From Vicugna vicugna (taxonomy: Eukaryota), in contig MU058781.1 in assembly GCA_013265495.1 (NCBI GenBank), forward strand, positions 414,963-478,962: a stretch of 64,000 nucleotides of DNA, in the 5' to 3' direction. Positions 1-12,500 of the stretch are shown one piece after another. The position numbers and the translations under genes were made by a program. Numbering within the stretch: position 1 is the first letter of the stretch; the number at the start of each line of letters is the position of its first letter. Below the pieces are notes generated by a model. The model saw only the letters and a list, made by a program, of their open reading frames with translations, did no database searches and was not told the origin of the DNA.

Positions 1-321
1 ATTTCCTTTTTCCTAATCTTATTTGGAAGATGGTTCTTTTACAATTTAGCTTACACTGGCTCATCAATTATAGAATAGGTTCTATGTTAGTTAACACACA
101 CGACCAATAGCTTTAATCGGAGAGTCGAACTGCAGCTTTGAAATAAAAACTGTCATGGGGTGAGCCAGCTAAAGTTCTCGTGTTAAAATTAATGCATTTC
201 CATTGGACGCTTCAGACTTCTGGTGTAGGAGTTGGTCAGTTTGAACTGTAACCTCTTAATCTCTTTGGAAAAGTACTGTCCCAGAACACACTAGGATTTT
301 ACTTCTTTTAAAAATCCTTAC

Positions 322-353
322 CTAATTGGACATGAACTGAAGTTTATCTTTTT
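322..353 (-). other. Candidate 32-nt internal exon (unassigned transcript)
   Basis: Minus strand: pyrimidine-rich ctctttctccttttcccctcctcttcctttcaacaacatctcttcAG, then AAAAAGATAAACTTCAGTTCATGTCCAATTAG, then GTAAGG donor. Confidence 0.3.
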
Positions 354-599
354 CTGAAGAGATGTTGTTGAAAGGAAGAGGAGGGGAAAAGGAGAAAGAG
401 CTCAGAGCTGTTTCCTTTAAAATGTGGGCGTCTTACTGCCACGTGGGTATTTGCTGCCCTTTCTGAGGTCAAGTGTGTTTCCGGCCTGCCCCTGTCTAGG
501 ATGTTTCCTGGCCCACATTTCTCCAGGTCAGATTTCTCAGATGTGGCGAAAGCTTCTCGGCTTACAGATGACCTCACTAACAGATAGCAAATGCCTCGT

Positions 600-817
600 G
601 GGGACGGGGCGAGGGTGAATCTCAGAGGTATAGCGTGTACCTAGCAAGCATGCCGTCCTGGGTTCAAGCCAGTACACTACGCTGTGCCCCAGAAATCGAC
701 ACAACATTGTAAACTGACTATATTACCAAAAAAAAGAAATAAGTAAAGTTTTAAAAAACACAAATAAATAAATAAAAGCTAATTACCTCCCCTCCTCAAA
801 AAGTAAAATAAAATAAT
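600..817 (+). mobile_element. Camelid vic-1-type tRNA-derived SINE containing an L1 3' fragment
   Basis: Degenerate tRNA-like head (gagggtgaatctcagaggtatagcg...gtcctgggttcaag) and family tail aaataaataaaagctaattacctcccc. TSD CAAATGCCTCGT (588-599) / CAAATGCCTTGT (818-829). Confidence 0.85.
677..740 (+). mobile_element. L1 extreme 3' end fragment nested in the SINE
   Basis: ctacgctgtgccccagaaatcgacacaacattgtaaactgacta plus A-tail; 29/34 identical to the L1 3' end at 10826-10859. Confidence 0.75.
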
Positions 818-2316
818 CAAATGCCTTGTCAGCATAAAGTCATTCCCTAAGCATTTTACAATCTTATTTCCAAGTTGCAATTTGAATATCCATTTAAAGT
901 TGTTGGTCGTGAGTGTTAATAACTAACACAGACCTTACTCTATAACTGTTAAGCTCATGTAAGCTCTATGGAAAATGGAGCCTTTCTTGCTTCCACAGTA
1001 CTGTGGATGAAATACAATTGATTGAAGTGCAAAAAAAATAATTTAACAGTAGACATAAATGTCAAGTAGGAATTAAGATATTTCTAGATTATTCTGCAAA
1101 GCCAGGAATTTGTTTCTGCATGAAAAATTGATTATACATGTTCTTATTGCTCTTTTCTAACATTTTCTAATATTTTGATGAGTGATTTCTTAGCACTTCA
1201 CTTTCTTCATCTGCGAAAACCATATAATATAGAGATTTTGGAAAGGACATTATTTCCCCACCTTTTCAAGCAAATGCTGCATTATTTCCCATCTTGTCCT
1301 TGCTACAGTGCACACAGAAGCACACAGGTTCCTGATTAAGATATGTGAAATATCTTGCAAATTCCTAATATTGATTTACATCCTCTCTTGAAGAAATAAT
1401 TAATATTGATTAATCTGAGGCACTTAGCTTGATAATAATTGAACCCAATTCACAACAGAAGCAAGTCAATTGTGGCACTTAAAATTTTCAAATAGCAATT
1501 GCCTTTTTCTTTTGTTTCTATGTCTAGATGACAGTTGACCTTGGGTAAAATCCATTTGAAAATTCAAATTAAACAAAGCCAAAATATTGATGTGGGTGGG
1601 TAGGCTTAAAAGCAATTGAAACATCTAAAAATAACGTTGAAAGAACTGGCATAATGGGGAAAATCATTAAATATGACACATTCTTCAAAACTGATTTGAA
1701 AATGGTACATCAATTTGACATAAGTAATACAGTAAATAAAGACAAGAAAGGAAAAAGTACTATGACTTGTGCAAATCTAATATGTGAATATCTGAATTAG
1801 TCAAGGAAATGTAAAGAGACACCTACCTTGTCCCCTCCACAGTGAATTTAAATGATTATATATTACATTTGAGAAACACTTCTTTGTAGATGTCAGAGAT
1901 ATCAAAAATGGCAAGCAAGAATTCGGTATTTCTAGTTTTTTATTCTGCCAAGTTTATAATTCATTTCTGGATAAGGAAAAAATAAATATAACCCTATTCA
2001 TAATATAGAGAATTTAGAAGCAACATAAATGCCCACGAATAGAATATGATTAAATACAGTGTCATTTATTAAATGGAATAGTAGGGAAAATACTCATAAT
2101 AAAATGCTAAGCAAGAAAACAGTATGCAAAGTCTGTCTTGTATAGCTAAAACAAAATGTTTAAAAACTGTTGATTGCATTGTCACAGCACAACATAGTAA
2201 TTTAGTCACAATTCAGTGATTCTTTCTTTATCCTACCGAAATCATATATAAAATTTTCTAGCTCTGTCAGGAGTACATACATGAGTATTTTAGTCATTTG
2301 TCTCTTGTTTTTGCAG

Positions 2317-2790
2317 TGGTGGTATGTGTATTTCATGGAGGTTGTACTGAGCGGAACTTTTTTAAGAGTGTTCCCGGCTATGGAACAGACAGTGACCATC
2401 TCCACGGAGTGTGCACCCTTCACTGCTAAGGCTGGTGCAGGAATGGCTTGAAAATTATAGACGCTGGTTCATCGAATCATTTACAGTAAAGCACAGCCAG
2501 ATAAGACTCAGCCCTTCTCCCTACTTTCCTAGATGTGAACAGTATTTTGTAATTGCTTCCAGCTTTTCATTACCGGAAGTTGGAGAAAGCATGTAAAGCA
2601 AATCTGGGAGCACACGCAGTGCTCCTTTTGAAGGCGTTTCAGTCGGTCGGCCCAGAAAAGGTGACTGTCTCACAGGAAACTGGGAAACAGATGAAAGGCA
2701 GTTGCCCCACCTTTTCCTACGTGGGCAGCACAGAGTCTTCATGTGAATGGACTTGTACCCTGAAGTAGCAATAAACGTGTAGACAGCAAG
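2317..2790 (+). other. Candidate terminal exon (unassigned)
   Basis: Acceptor tttgtctcttgtttttgcAG ends at 2316; only short open frames follow; AATAAA at 2770-2775. Confidence 0.2.
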
Positions 2791-3099
2791 AGACTGACAC
2801 AGTAACAGACGATGCCTAGATACCGTTATTATTATTAAAGGAAAGAAGCTGTAGATATTATTCCAATGTAAATGTTGTCAATTAAGAGCATTGTCTCTTA
2901 TTCCCTTGTAGCCACTGTGAATTAACTCATATACTGCATTTCTCCAAGTGCATCTGTAGTACTTTTGAAGTATATGTTTGTCAATATTAGAGTTACAGTC
3001 TTAATTAATTTTTTACAGTTAAGAAAGTGAATTATGCTTAGTTTTGTTTCATTATACAAGGTATGAATCCATTTCCTCTCACACCATGTGAGTAATATA

Positions 3100-4150
3100 T
3101 AAAACAGAAAGCATCAGGGAACTTTCCAGATAGATAGTAAAATTAAATAAGAAATTCTAAATAATAAAACAGCTAGAAGAAAATTTTGGAAATATTTATC
3201 TGATCTTGCGTAGAGATCAGAAAAGTAAGCGGAGAAGTCCAAATTAAATTTTCAGTATATTTGGGTATATGTAAATAACAGACTTCCAAATGCAATAAAT
3301 ACTTAAATAAAATTATGAAGAAAGCCAAAAAGTGGAGAAAGTGTTTTCAAGTCATAAAAATCAAAGCATTTGTACAAAGTAATAAGGAATAGGCTAAATC
3401 TAATCACAGTGGGCAGGGGGATAGGTATAGCGCAAGCAGTAGAGTGTATGCTCAGCATGCAGGGGGTCCTGGGTTCACTTCCGAGTGCCTCCTCTAAAAA
3501 TAAATAAATAGATAAACCTAATTACCTCCCCCCATCCAAAAAGTAAAAAATGCTTAAAAAAATAGTAATAATCACAATAGGCAAAGAACGCAAACAATTC
3601 ATGAAACAAAATAAGCCAATTGACAACAAACCTGAAAAAGTCAACACTAGTAATAAAATATTTTTTAAATTAAGTAATTGGGATAACTATAGAGGCCTGT
3701 AAAATGTAGCAGCACCCAGTGCTGTGAAAGTGAAAATAAATGCAGATTATTTTATGCTTACCTTCCTGGAAGAAATTTATATTGGGAGTTTAAAAGAATG
3801 TACTGCATTTGATTCAGTAATTTCAACTAAAGACTATATGTCATACGTTAAAACACAGAAAAACAATCTAGTATAAACTTATTTTGTAATATGCAGGAAT
3901 TAGAAACAGCCTAAATGCCCAACAATAAAACATATTTAAATGAAATATTATCTGTTAAATGAGACAGTAGGAAAATGCTCAGGATCAAATGTTAAATCAA
4001 AAAAAAATCTTTTTTAACTGCTTAACATTGGTTATATGTTATGATTCTATTTTCATGGTACAACTAAGGGTGAGTTTTAATTTTCTTTTTTGCTATTTGA
4101 TATTTTTCCACTTCTCTAAATAAATTTTAAACAGTTTAATAATCAGCTAT
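3100..4150 (+). mobile_element. Old L1 (L1M/L1ME-like) remnant interrupted by a SINE
   Basis: A-rich L1-like phrases: aaacagctagaagaaaattttggaaatatttatctgatctt; ttagaaacagcctaaatgcccaacaata. Confidence 0.5.
3416..3568 (+). mobile_element. Camelid vic-1-type SINE
   Basis: gggggataggtatagcgcaagcagtagagtgtatgctcagcatgcagggggtcctgggttcac, then A-rich tail with aaacctaattacctcccc. TSD TAATCACAGTGGGCA (3401-3415) / TAATCACAATAGGCA (3569-3583). Confidence 0.9.
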
Positions 4151-6929
4151 TAATAATCTATGTTATTTTAAGAGAGAGAAAGAAGGAAGAAGGTGTTGCA
4201 ACAGAGGTTTTCAAGGCTGGATTCATGTGTAATTTCAGGCTTGCTTAATTCACGTGTTTCTACCACTGCAAATCGTGACTATCAAAGTAACTGCATATTT
4301 ACCACAACAGAGTCATAAAAGCACAAAAGCTGATAAGGCAGCTGTATTGACATGAGACTTAATACCGTAATGGTCAGAATAGCTGGAGTTGATCTTATCA
4401 ACCATCCACACAAAAAGGAGAGCCCCGCAGCCATACCCTCACTGACATGATACATTGTACAGAAACCGTTGTGATTTGTTGCTGTGGTACCTGGGAGATC
4501 CTTAGCGGTTCCAGCTCCACGCTCTAGCTCGTTTGGGCACGTTTCAGGCATTCACAAACGAAAGAAGGGAGTTTCTGTGCACACCCACGAGGTTTTCTGG
4601 AGTCCTTCCTCCGGTCATACAGATGGCAAAACCCGGCTAACGATCCCCCCTTAAACACAGCCACGTGCTTATGCCACCTGGATGCCAGAATCTAATTTTC
4701 ATAAGCAAAGTTTAGGGATGCCAAACACTAAGGAAAAAGTCATTAAAAAGAAAAGAAAAAGGAAGAAAGGACGGGAAGAGAAACACCACCTCCTGCATGT
4801 CCACCTTCCTACCACACAACAGATGTTGGCATTTGGCCTCAGTCTAGGTGATCATAGGAATCAGGAAGGCGTGAGGAGACAGAGGGAGAGGTTTTCACTA
4901 TAAAACTGTAACAAAGACCAGCTCCAGAATTCACAGGATGGATTTCTATTCCCCTGGTTACAGATGAGAGAGATTCTTGGGTTCTCATTCTTACTTGGGA
5001 AAAACCATTTACTTCTCTGTGCTGAGAAGAGGAAATACAATATTTGTCATCAATCAACTGTCCAGGACTGCCTCTAAAAATCTACTATATATATAAACGT
5101 TTCATCTGTTTTGAACAAACAAGCAAACCCTTTCTTTGGTCTTCTCTTGCGTTTGCCAATTTCTTATTCTTTCAGTTACCATCGTCACTAGATCAACGGA
5201 TCACAAAAATTATCAGCTTCCCAAAGGCTGCTGGGAATTTTTTACACATGTGGCAAATGGCAAATACTATGACAATAGACAGAAGAGGGAGTGTTTATTA
5301 AATTTACCAAAAATACAATGCTGATTGCTCTTAGCAATGTATTAATACTATATTAATTCATTCTCATTCTCTCTCTCTCCCTCCTTGTCCCTCCAACCTC
5401 CCCACTCTCCTGTCCGCAGTATACATGGGGAACTGTTGTGGTTTGTAAAAATTATTACAAAGTTTCTGTGAAAATTCTTTAGTGGTACTGGAAGACTAAT
5501 AAAATTATATGAATTGTTGTTGATTATCCAATACATTTTTTAAAGTCCTTCGAGAATACAGTTTTAGCAATCCTAACCTTTACTTGACTCCAACAACCCA
5601 CCCTAATGACAGCACTTTGGATTTTGTCACAGTGCAAATGCATTTCTACTCTGTTATAGCAAAGTCTGAAACTCTCATCTCTGACCATAAAGTCTTACCA
5701 CATTTATTTTTCCACTTCCTCGTGTTCACTGAAGCTTTCTCTGTCATTCCTTCCCACTCTCCGTATTACTCCATTACCACCATTTGTAGGCCCTCTTTCG
5801 AAATAACTCTTATTTTTTTCTCTACTTAATCTGGATAACTGATACTCCCTATTAATTATCTCCATGTCCACTCTATCTCCTTACTGCTTTTAAATTTGCC
5901 AGGAGAAGGAAGATGTAAACTGTCAGTCAGCAACAGAGGATTTTGGAAGGAGATTAGAATATTCAGAACAGATGTGGAAGCTGGGTGTGAAGAAGGACCG
6001 GATGAATGGGTTCAAGAGTGAGGCTGGGGCCACACAGAAAGTGCCAGAACCTTACTTCTTTGGAGTGATGGGAGTCGGGTGATTAAAAGTATTAGGCTCA
6101 GTCCAACATCCAGTGAGGAAGAAAACCCATGACTCAGCACATTGATCTCCCTGCTGTTTCAAGCTCCTGGAACTCAGGCACACCACCAGGCTTGTTCTTG
6201 CCATCCCGTCATACACGTTTATTTACCCCTCCTGAATATTTCCTACTGGAGCTCTTTAAAACAAGTTCCAGTTCACTAAAGCTCCCACTTTATTCTTTCC
6301 AGACACCATTGTCTCCTACTTCAATAAGAAGATAAAAGCCTCAAGACGGAAACCACTGTTACATTCCTTCTCAATAAAATACTAAATAGCTTTTCCAATC
6401 CCTCTCTGTCTCTGAAGAAGAAAGGTTCCTACGGGTCCCCGGTCTCACTCTCAGCCCTCTTGTTTTTGGAAGATCTTGCTTCCTCCTTTTGCATATATAT
6501 GCCCAGCGCTTCCTTTTCTAATGGAAACTTTCTGACTATGCATAAAGGGTGGGTTTACTTTTGCTCACACCTGGTACCTCCTGAGTCTAGCACAGAGCAG
6601 GGCTTCCGCAAATAGCTGTTTACTAGTCACTGGGTGTTTCCTAAGACTTGGTCTGCGAGATACAGTGTTTGAAGACCCCATATTGACTTCGGATTTCGCC
6701 TGTTTCCTCTGCAAAAAGGTTTGACTCCCCTCACCCCTCCATAAGGGCCTTTTTCCTAATCTGGGGAAAATAAGAAGAAATATTGGTTCAACCTGCTCAA
6801 GTTCGCTTTTAAAATACTTTCCATCTCACACGTGGGTAGTTATTTTGAAAACTCAGAAGTCAAGAAGTCATCATCTTTACCATAGGTTCTGCTGTAACCA
6901 CTTCCCTCAGAGGGAACAATGAATTGCCA

Positions 6930-7030
6930 TTGTATCTGAGAGTAGAATATACGGGAATTCTCTGTACTATCTTTGTAACTTTTCTGTGAATCTGAAACTA
7001 TTCTAAAATTAAACACTTGTTTAAAAAAAT
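6930..7030 (+). mobile_element. L1MC/L1MD-like 3' terminus
   Basis: atacgggaattctctgtactatctttgtaacttttctgtgaatctgaaactattctaaaattaaa followed by an A-tail. Confidence 0.6.
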
Positions 7031-7594
7031 AGGATACTATGACACATTTTATAAAAATTATAACTCCGAGGAAGTGGATAAATTTTTGGAAAAATATTTT
7101 AAAAAGACTGATAATTTTAATAATTATTCAAATTTTTTAAAAACTTGCAACACTTCTACTTCTGAAGTTATTAAAGCTTAGAACTGCATGAAGACTTTTG
7201 GGGAAATCCACGTTTTCATGCATAGACATGTTAATAATATAAAAATAAATATAGCTATAATAAGTGTATAAATATATTTATTGAGATGAAATATCTGTTC
7301 AGTTGTTTTTCTTAATATTTTCTCATGAATTGTACATGATTATATATTTTTCACAACATAGTTTTAAACATTGACATTTATCTATAGATACTTTGATCCA
7401 CTGTCAGATTGTCCATTTAAACATAATTTTAATAAATTTGTAGTAAATATAATTTTCCATCAGTGACTTTTATTACCTTAGTGGTAGAACTGTATAGGGT
7501 CTGGTCATTTCTGATTTGTGATGAGTACTAATTACTACCTTGTTTTCCTGAGTTCCTCCCCGTGTGTGATTCCACGGGCAGAATGTGAGTGAGC

Positions 7595-8040
7595 CTGTCT
7601 AAGGATGAAGGATGCCCTCCTTCAAAGATACCCACATTCTAATTCCTAGAACCTGCCGATGGTACCTCACATTAAAAAATGCTCTTTACAGGTGTCCTTA
7701 AGTTAATGATACTGAGATGGGAAGATTATTCTGCATTATCCATGTAGGATCTGAAAGTAATTACATGCATTCTTCTAAGAAGGAGGGGTGGGATATTTGA
7801 CTTCTCGGCCCTGGCCCTGTGACCCAGGAGGCAGAGGATGCAGCCACGAACCAAGGACTATGGCAGCCAACTGGAAGAGGCAAGGAAGGGTTCTTCCAGT
7901 GTGGCCCGGCTGACAGCTGGATTTTAGCCCAGTGAAACTTGTTTCGACTGCCTTTCTCCAGAACTATGATAGAATAGATTTCTGTTTAAAGACACTAAGT
8001 TTGTGCTAATTTGCTCCAGAGAGACTGCGAGACTAACACA
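7595..8040 (+). mobile_element. MaLR LTR, MLT1D-like
   Basis: caaagatacccacattctaattcctagaacctg...gagatgggaagattattctgcattatcc...cactaagtttgtgctaatttg...actaacaca matches the recalled MLT1 consensus layout. Confidence 0.8.
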
Positions 8041-8099
8041 GAATTCTTGTCACCACAGCCAATCTATATACTGTAAACATTTTCACATCTCGAAGGCAA

Positions 8100-8940
8100 A
8101 CATATCTGAATTATTTTGCATTTAGTTGTTTGCTAGATTACAAGGAAAATAGAATTTTATTGTACTTTTTATTACAAATTTCCTCTTCAAGTTACTAGTA
8201 TCTCATTTATTTTAAATTATAGTATGAAGAGACCATGAGTACTTTATCAAGTTTGTCCCTAGTAAATTCCCCAATTTGATATTTAATTTTATTTTTATCA
8301 AATTTTTAGCCATATGTCAGTTTTAACTAAATTATTTTGTGGTCTCATCTCTCCTTCACTGTGAAGTTTTCCACTTCTTTTTTGCTTAGAAAGAATGGCC
8401 TCATCATTTGCTTATATTCCCCTCTAATTTTCTTTTCTTTTTTTTTTAATGTTTTCCATTTTTACAGGAATCTTTTTACTCCATTTATACTTTATGCTCA
8501 TTTAAGACAGGAATTGAGGATCTGATTTTATTTTATTTTTCCAAATAAATTACCAATTGTCCCAGCACCACTTAACTCTTCTTTTTATTCTTTCAATTAT
8601 CTGTGTGACTCTCTTTATCAAACACTATTTTATGTCTACCAGGTTTGATCAGTAATTTTCTTCTATTACACAGATATTTCTGTGCACAAAAACAAGCCTC
8701 CCCTTATTACTCTCCTTTCTCCAAAGGTCTCAGGTCTACCTGCTTAGACCTAATCTTATATTTGCAGATCAATTTACATTCTCAAGTTCTCGAAAATATG
8801 TATATTTTTTGAAAGTTTATATGTGTGATATCAGTAATTTTATGAGAAATTAATATCTTAGTATTTAGCCTCTCTATTCAGGAGCAGGATGTTTCTCTCA
8901 ACGTACTCAAGTTTTCTTCTGCATTTATTTATAATACGGC
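8100..8940 (-). mobile_element. Old L1 (L1ME-like) remnant
   Basis: T-rich antisense L1 phrases, e.g. tttccaaataaattaccaattgtcccagcacca and ctctattcaggagcaggatgtttctctc. Confidence 0.5.
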
Positions 8941-9122
8941 TATGCAGAGGCACTAAGCCCAGAGAAAGCCAGAAAATGAAGATGCCATTAAAATAAGCAG
9001 ACTTGAGGCTTTCTGGTTGGGATAGATAGCCGAAACTCGGGGAGACAAGGAAAACAGGGTGAAGATAACGTCCCTAAATAAGTAAGTATGAAATGCTGAT
9101 CAAGCCTCAGAATTGAATTGAC

Positions 9123-9382
9123 ACTGGAGGGCACTGTGCTAAGTGATGTAAGTCAGAGAAAGACCAACACTGTATGATGTCACTTATATGTGGAATGTGA
9201 AAAAATACAACAAACTAGTGAATACAACAAAAAAAGGAGCAAACTCACAGATACAGAGAACAAACTGGTGGTTATCAGTGGGGGGTGGGAGGAGGGGCAA
9301 AGGAGGGGAGGGGCAAAGGAAAGGGGCAAAGAAGGGGTGGAGGGCAGGTACAAACTACTGGGTGCAAGACAGGCTCAAGGAA
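9123..9382 (+). mobile_element. L1 3' UTR fragment with expanded G-rich tract
   Basis: tggagggcactgtgctaagtgatgtaagtcagagaaagac...cacttatatgtggaat...actcacagatacagagaacaaactggtggttatcagtggg...ggtacaaactactgggtgcaagacaggctcaagga. Confidence 0.8.
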
Positions 9383-10778
9383 AACAATCAGTGTGTCTAA
9401 TAATGCTAAGTGGAAGGTAACTTTTAAAAATTATATTTAAAAATTTAAAATAAAATAAAATGAAATGAAATAAAATAAAATAAAATACACCTGCAAGGGA
9501 AACAAACAAAAAACTGAATTGTGTAAGGAAATACCTGATTCTCCAGAGACTTGTGGTTATTAATATTAGGGACATCTCTCAGCAACATTATGTACATTTA
9601 CCAAGGTAAGTAAATACGTGAATAAAAATATATCTAGTTCAGGTGGACAATGAAAAAAAAGGAATGGCTGAATGGCCTCTCACCTCAAAGTTTTGGACAC
9701 ATAATTGGATTTGGGAGAATTGCAGAAAGGATGACTTATTTTTAGTTTTCAGATGCTAGATTAAAGAAGGTTTAGTGCTTATTAGTGAAAGAAAACCCTG
9801 TTTCTAACCATGAACTGACTACGTGGTACCCCTGGTGGTCTGCTTGTTTCTGCTTTTGAAGGGAGAGAGGAAGGCAGGACAGAATCAAGAGGTAATGTCG
9901 CTAGAAAATAGTGCACACTGGATTAGAAAATGTTTTGAAAGTTAAATGGGAACAGAATAAAATGATTTTGCAATAATGTTTACAAAATTTCTTTTGAAAT
10001 ATTAAAAGAGCTAAAACACCATGTTCCTTTCCCAGAAGGGGAAGTATGAATGAACACAGAAGTCTGGGGATAGATAATTACAGTAACCCCCTCTGAAATG
10101 AACGTCTAAATGATGCAGGGTTACATTTTATTTCTCCCCTTGCACTCTGAGCGGGAAGGAGGGCTGAGACGCGATTAGAGCTGGCAGAGCCCCTGCACCT
10201 TGTCTCCCGGCTTACACCACCCTCCTGACCTGCTGGCCCTGCGCAAGCTGTGCCCAGGAGCACACTGCTTATTGCTTCTTTCAGCCTAATGATGGTGGTC
10301 CCTGGCCCATGCGGTGAAGTAATATAATGGGCAATAAAGCTCCCCAAGAGCTCTGATGCAAGTACAGTGCAACAAGTCACGTGAGCTAATGAAAACCGGG
10401 ACGGCTTCAAGAAAACCAGCCCTCAAAAGCCAGTCTCTGAAGGAATGGGGAGTTATGCTCAGTGATGCATGTTCTCCAAGGCAGTGGTTCCCAAGGACTG
10501 ACTTTCAATGAGAGGAAGACTGTGGAGTCACTTGCACTGCGTGAATGAACCAGGGGGTGGCTTAATGCATCAACAGGTGTGCTCATTGGTCCAGGTAGAA
10601 ATATTCAGATACTCAGACCCACAGAATATTGTTCAGCCCCCCAGGAACTGAGAGGGTGAATGAACCTGCCTAATTTATAGCTAGGGAGTGGCTCAGACTT
10701 TGGAGATTAAAAGTTAGAGTGAGGTTGGAAGTTGCATTTATTCGGACACAAAAATGACATTAAGAGTGAAGTTTCATT

Positions 10779-11022
10779 TAAGAGAATGAAAAGGAATATA
10801 TGTATGTACATGTATGACTGAAACGTTATGCTGTACACCAGAAATTGACACAACATTGTCAACTGACTACACTTCAGTTAAAAAAAAAAGGAAAATAAAA
10901 ATATTTTAAAAGAACTGAAGAAATACTCTGTGTATCCAGATTTTCCTTTAGGAGATGATAAACATCATTATAAATATTAATAATATATGGCAAAATTAAA
11001 ACATCTTTATTATTAAAAAGAA
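10779..11022 (+). mobile_element. 5'-truncated young L1 3' end with probable 3' transduction
   Basis: L1 terminus (ttatgctgtacaccagaaattgacacaacattgtcaactgactacacttc plus A-run), then ~125 bp of non-L1 sequence and a second A-run. TSD AAGAGTGAAGTTTC (10762-10775) / AAGACTGAAGTTTC (11023-11036). Confidence 0.75.
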
Positions 11023-11719
11023 AAGACTGAAGTTTCCATTCCTACTGTCACTCAGGGACTAAATGAGAAGCTTCCCTACTCTTCAATGCCAAGGTAAGCC
11101 TGATTCAAACATTCAATTCCAAAGCCTGTAACCCAGGTTTCCTCTGCTGCTTGGACACCTGAGTGAGAATTATGGTCCAGGTGCTGTCGCACAGCCACCA
11201 GCATGACACAGAGCTCCACTTATACTCAAAGGTACAGCAGAGAGTCTCTCTCCCTTTCTCTCTCTCATTGCTCTATTCCTCTATCTGTCTCCTCTCTTTC
11301 TCTGACACATACAGACAACCACACACACACACACGTCCGAGTGCCCACACACTCCTGATTGATAGTCATCATGGCTGAAGAGCTGGGGAATGTTAGCAAA
11401 TGATCACACAGAACCAGACTCCACACAAACAGAAGTGATTCGTCTGGGCCTCCCCCCATCGATTCTGAGGGCTCCTACTTGGGCCCTTCTCCCACTCAGC
11501 ACCCAGTCCCCCAGAACTTTCCAGCTCATCTGCACCCTTCCTTCTCTATAGCTCTGGTCTGTCCTTGCTGAAGGTTGACCTTCTGTGGCTCTTGAAACCC
11601 CAAGGTACAGCCACACCATCAGGTGCTCACTAGACCGAAGGCCTTTCCCTCTGGATTCCCACCCCCACGTGTTGGTTACACCTACCCCGCTGGTGGCCGC
11701 TCTCCGCGTTCTGAATACA

Positions 11720-12500
11720 GGGGAGATACAGTGATCAGCGGTAGTCCCCTTCTTTCATGATTTTAGAATGTGTTGGGGAGAAATAGAAGAAACAATTACA
11801 AAACAATAGATGATTTTTACAAGGTGTGCGGAGCTGTTGGGGAAAAACAAACGAACAAAAAACAAAACCCTTAGTTCAGCCAGTGAGCGGGAGAAAGCCT
11901 CGCACACGAGGACACGTGTAGGCTGAGACGTGGGGTGGCCCGGCGGGAGGAGGGCTTTCCACGTAGAGGGACAAGCAGGGACAATGACAAAAAAAAAAAA
12001 AAAAACAAGTGGAAAGTCTGGAGAGAGAAGACCAGCTTTTTAAGTTAAGGGCAGAGGTTAATGTGGAACACGAGGCTTCCTGGGGAATCACGGACAGTGT
12101 TGGGCCTACAGTTTGCGTGACCAGAGAGGCACCCCTGCTGGTCATGTGAGGGGCGGTTGCGGGCAGGAGTGGAGACGGGGGACGAGGCGAGAGGAAGGGG
12201 CATAATGAGGTGTTTATTCCAGTGATTCAAGCCAGAAGTAGAAAGGGTGGAACTCAGGAAATGGGAATCAGGAGGAGAAGGGGGATATATGAAATATTTT
12301 TAGACTTTTTTTCTGGTTATTAAACAAAAAGGCAACAGGAAGAAACTAGGAAAACACTAAGACCCCTGACTTGGGTAAGAGGATTGAGGGGGTCCTGGAC
12401 ACCAGTTTAGGAAATGTGAGCGTGGCATTAGGTCAGAGGTGCTGGGAAGGGAATGACTGTGGTTTATGCAAATGTGAGTTTGAGGTGTCTCCGCAGAGGA
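11720..12500 (-). mobile_element. L2 remnant, locally GC-enriched
   Basis: Antisense L2 3' motifs: gggagatacagtg...gtcccct...catg...; gtgagtttgaggtgtct. Confidence 0.55.

Noticed and set aside
4993..5019. 27-nt minus-strand microexon (ttcctcttctcAG...GTAAGA)
   Set aside because: Resembles the MIR core; probably a cryptic site.
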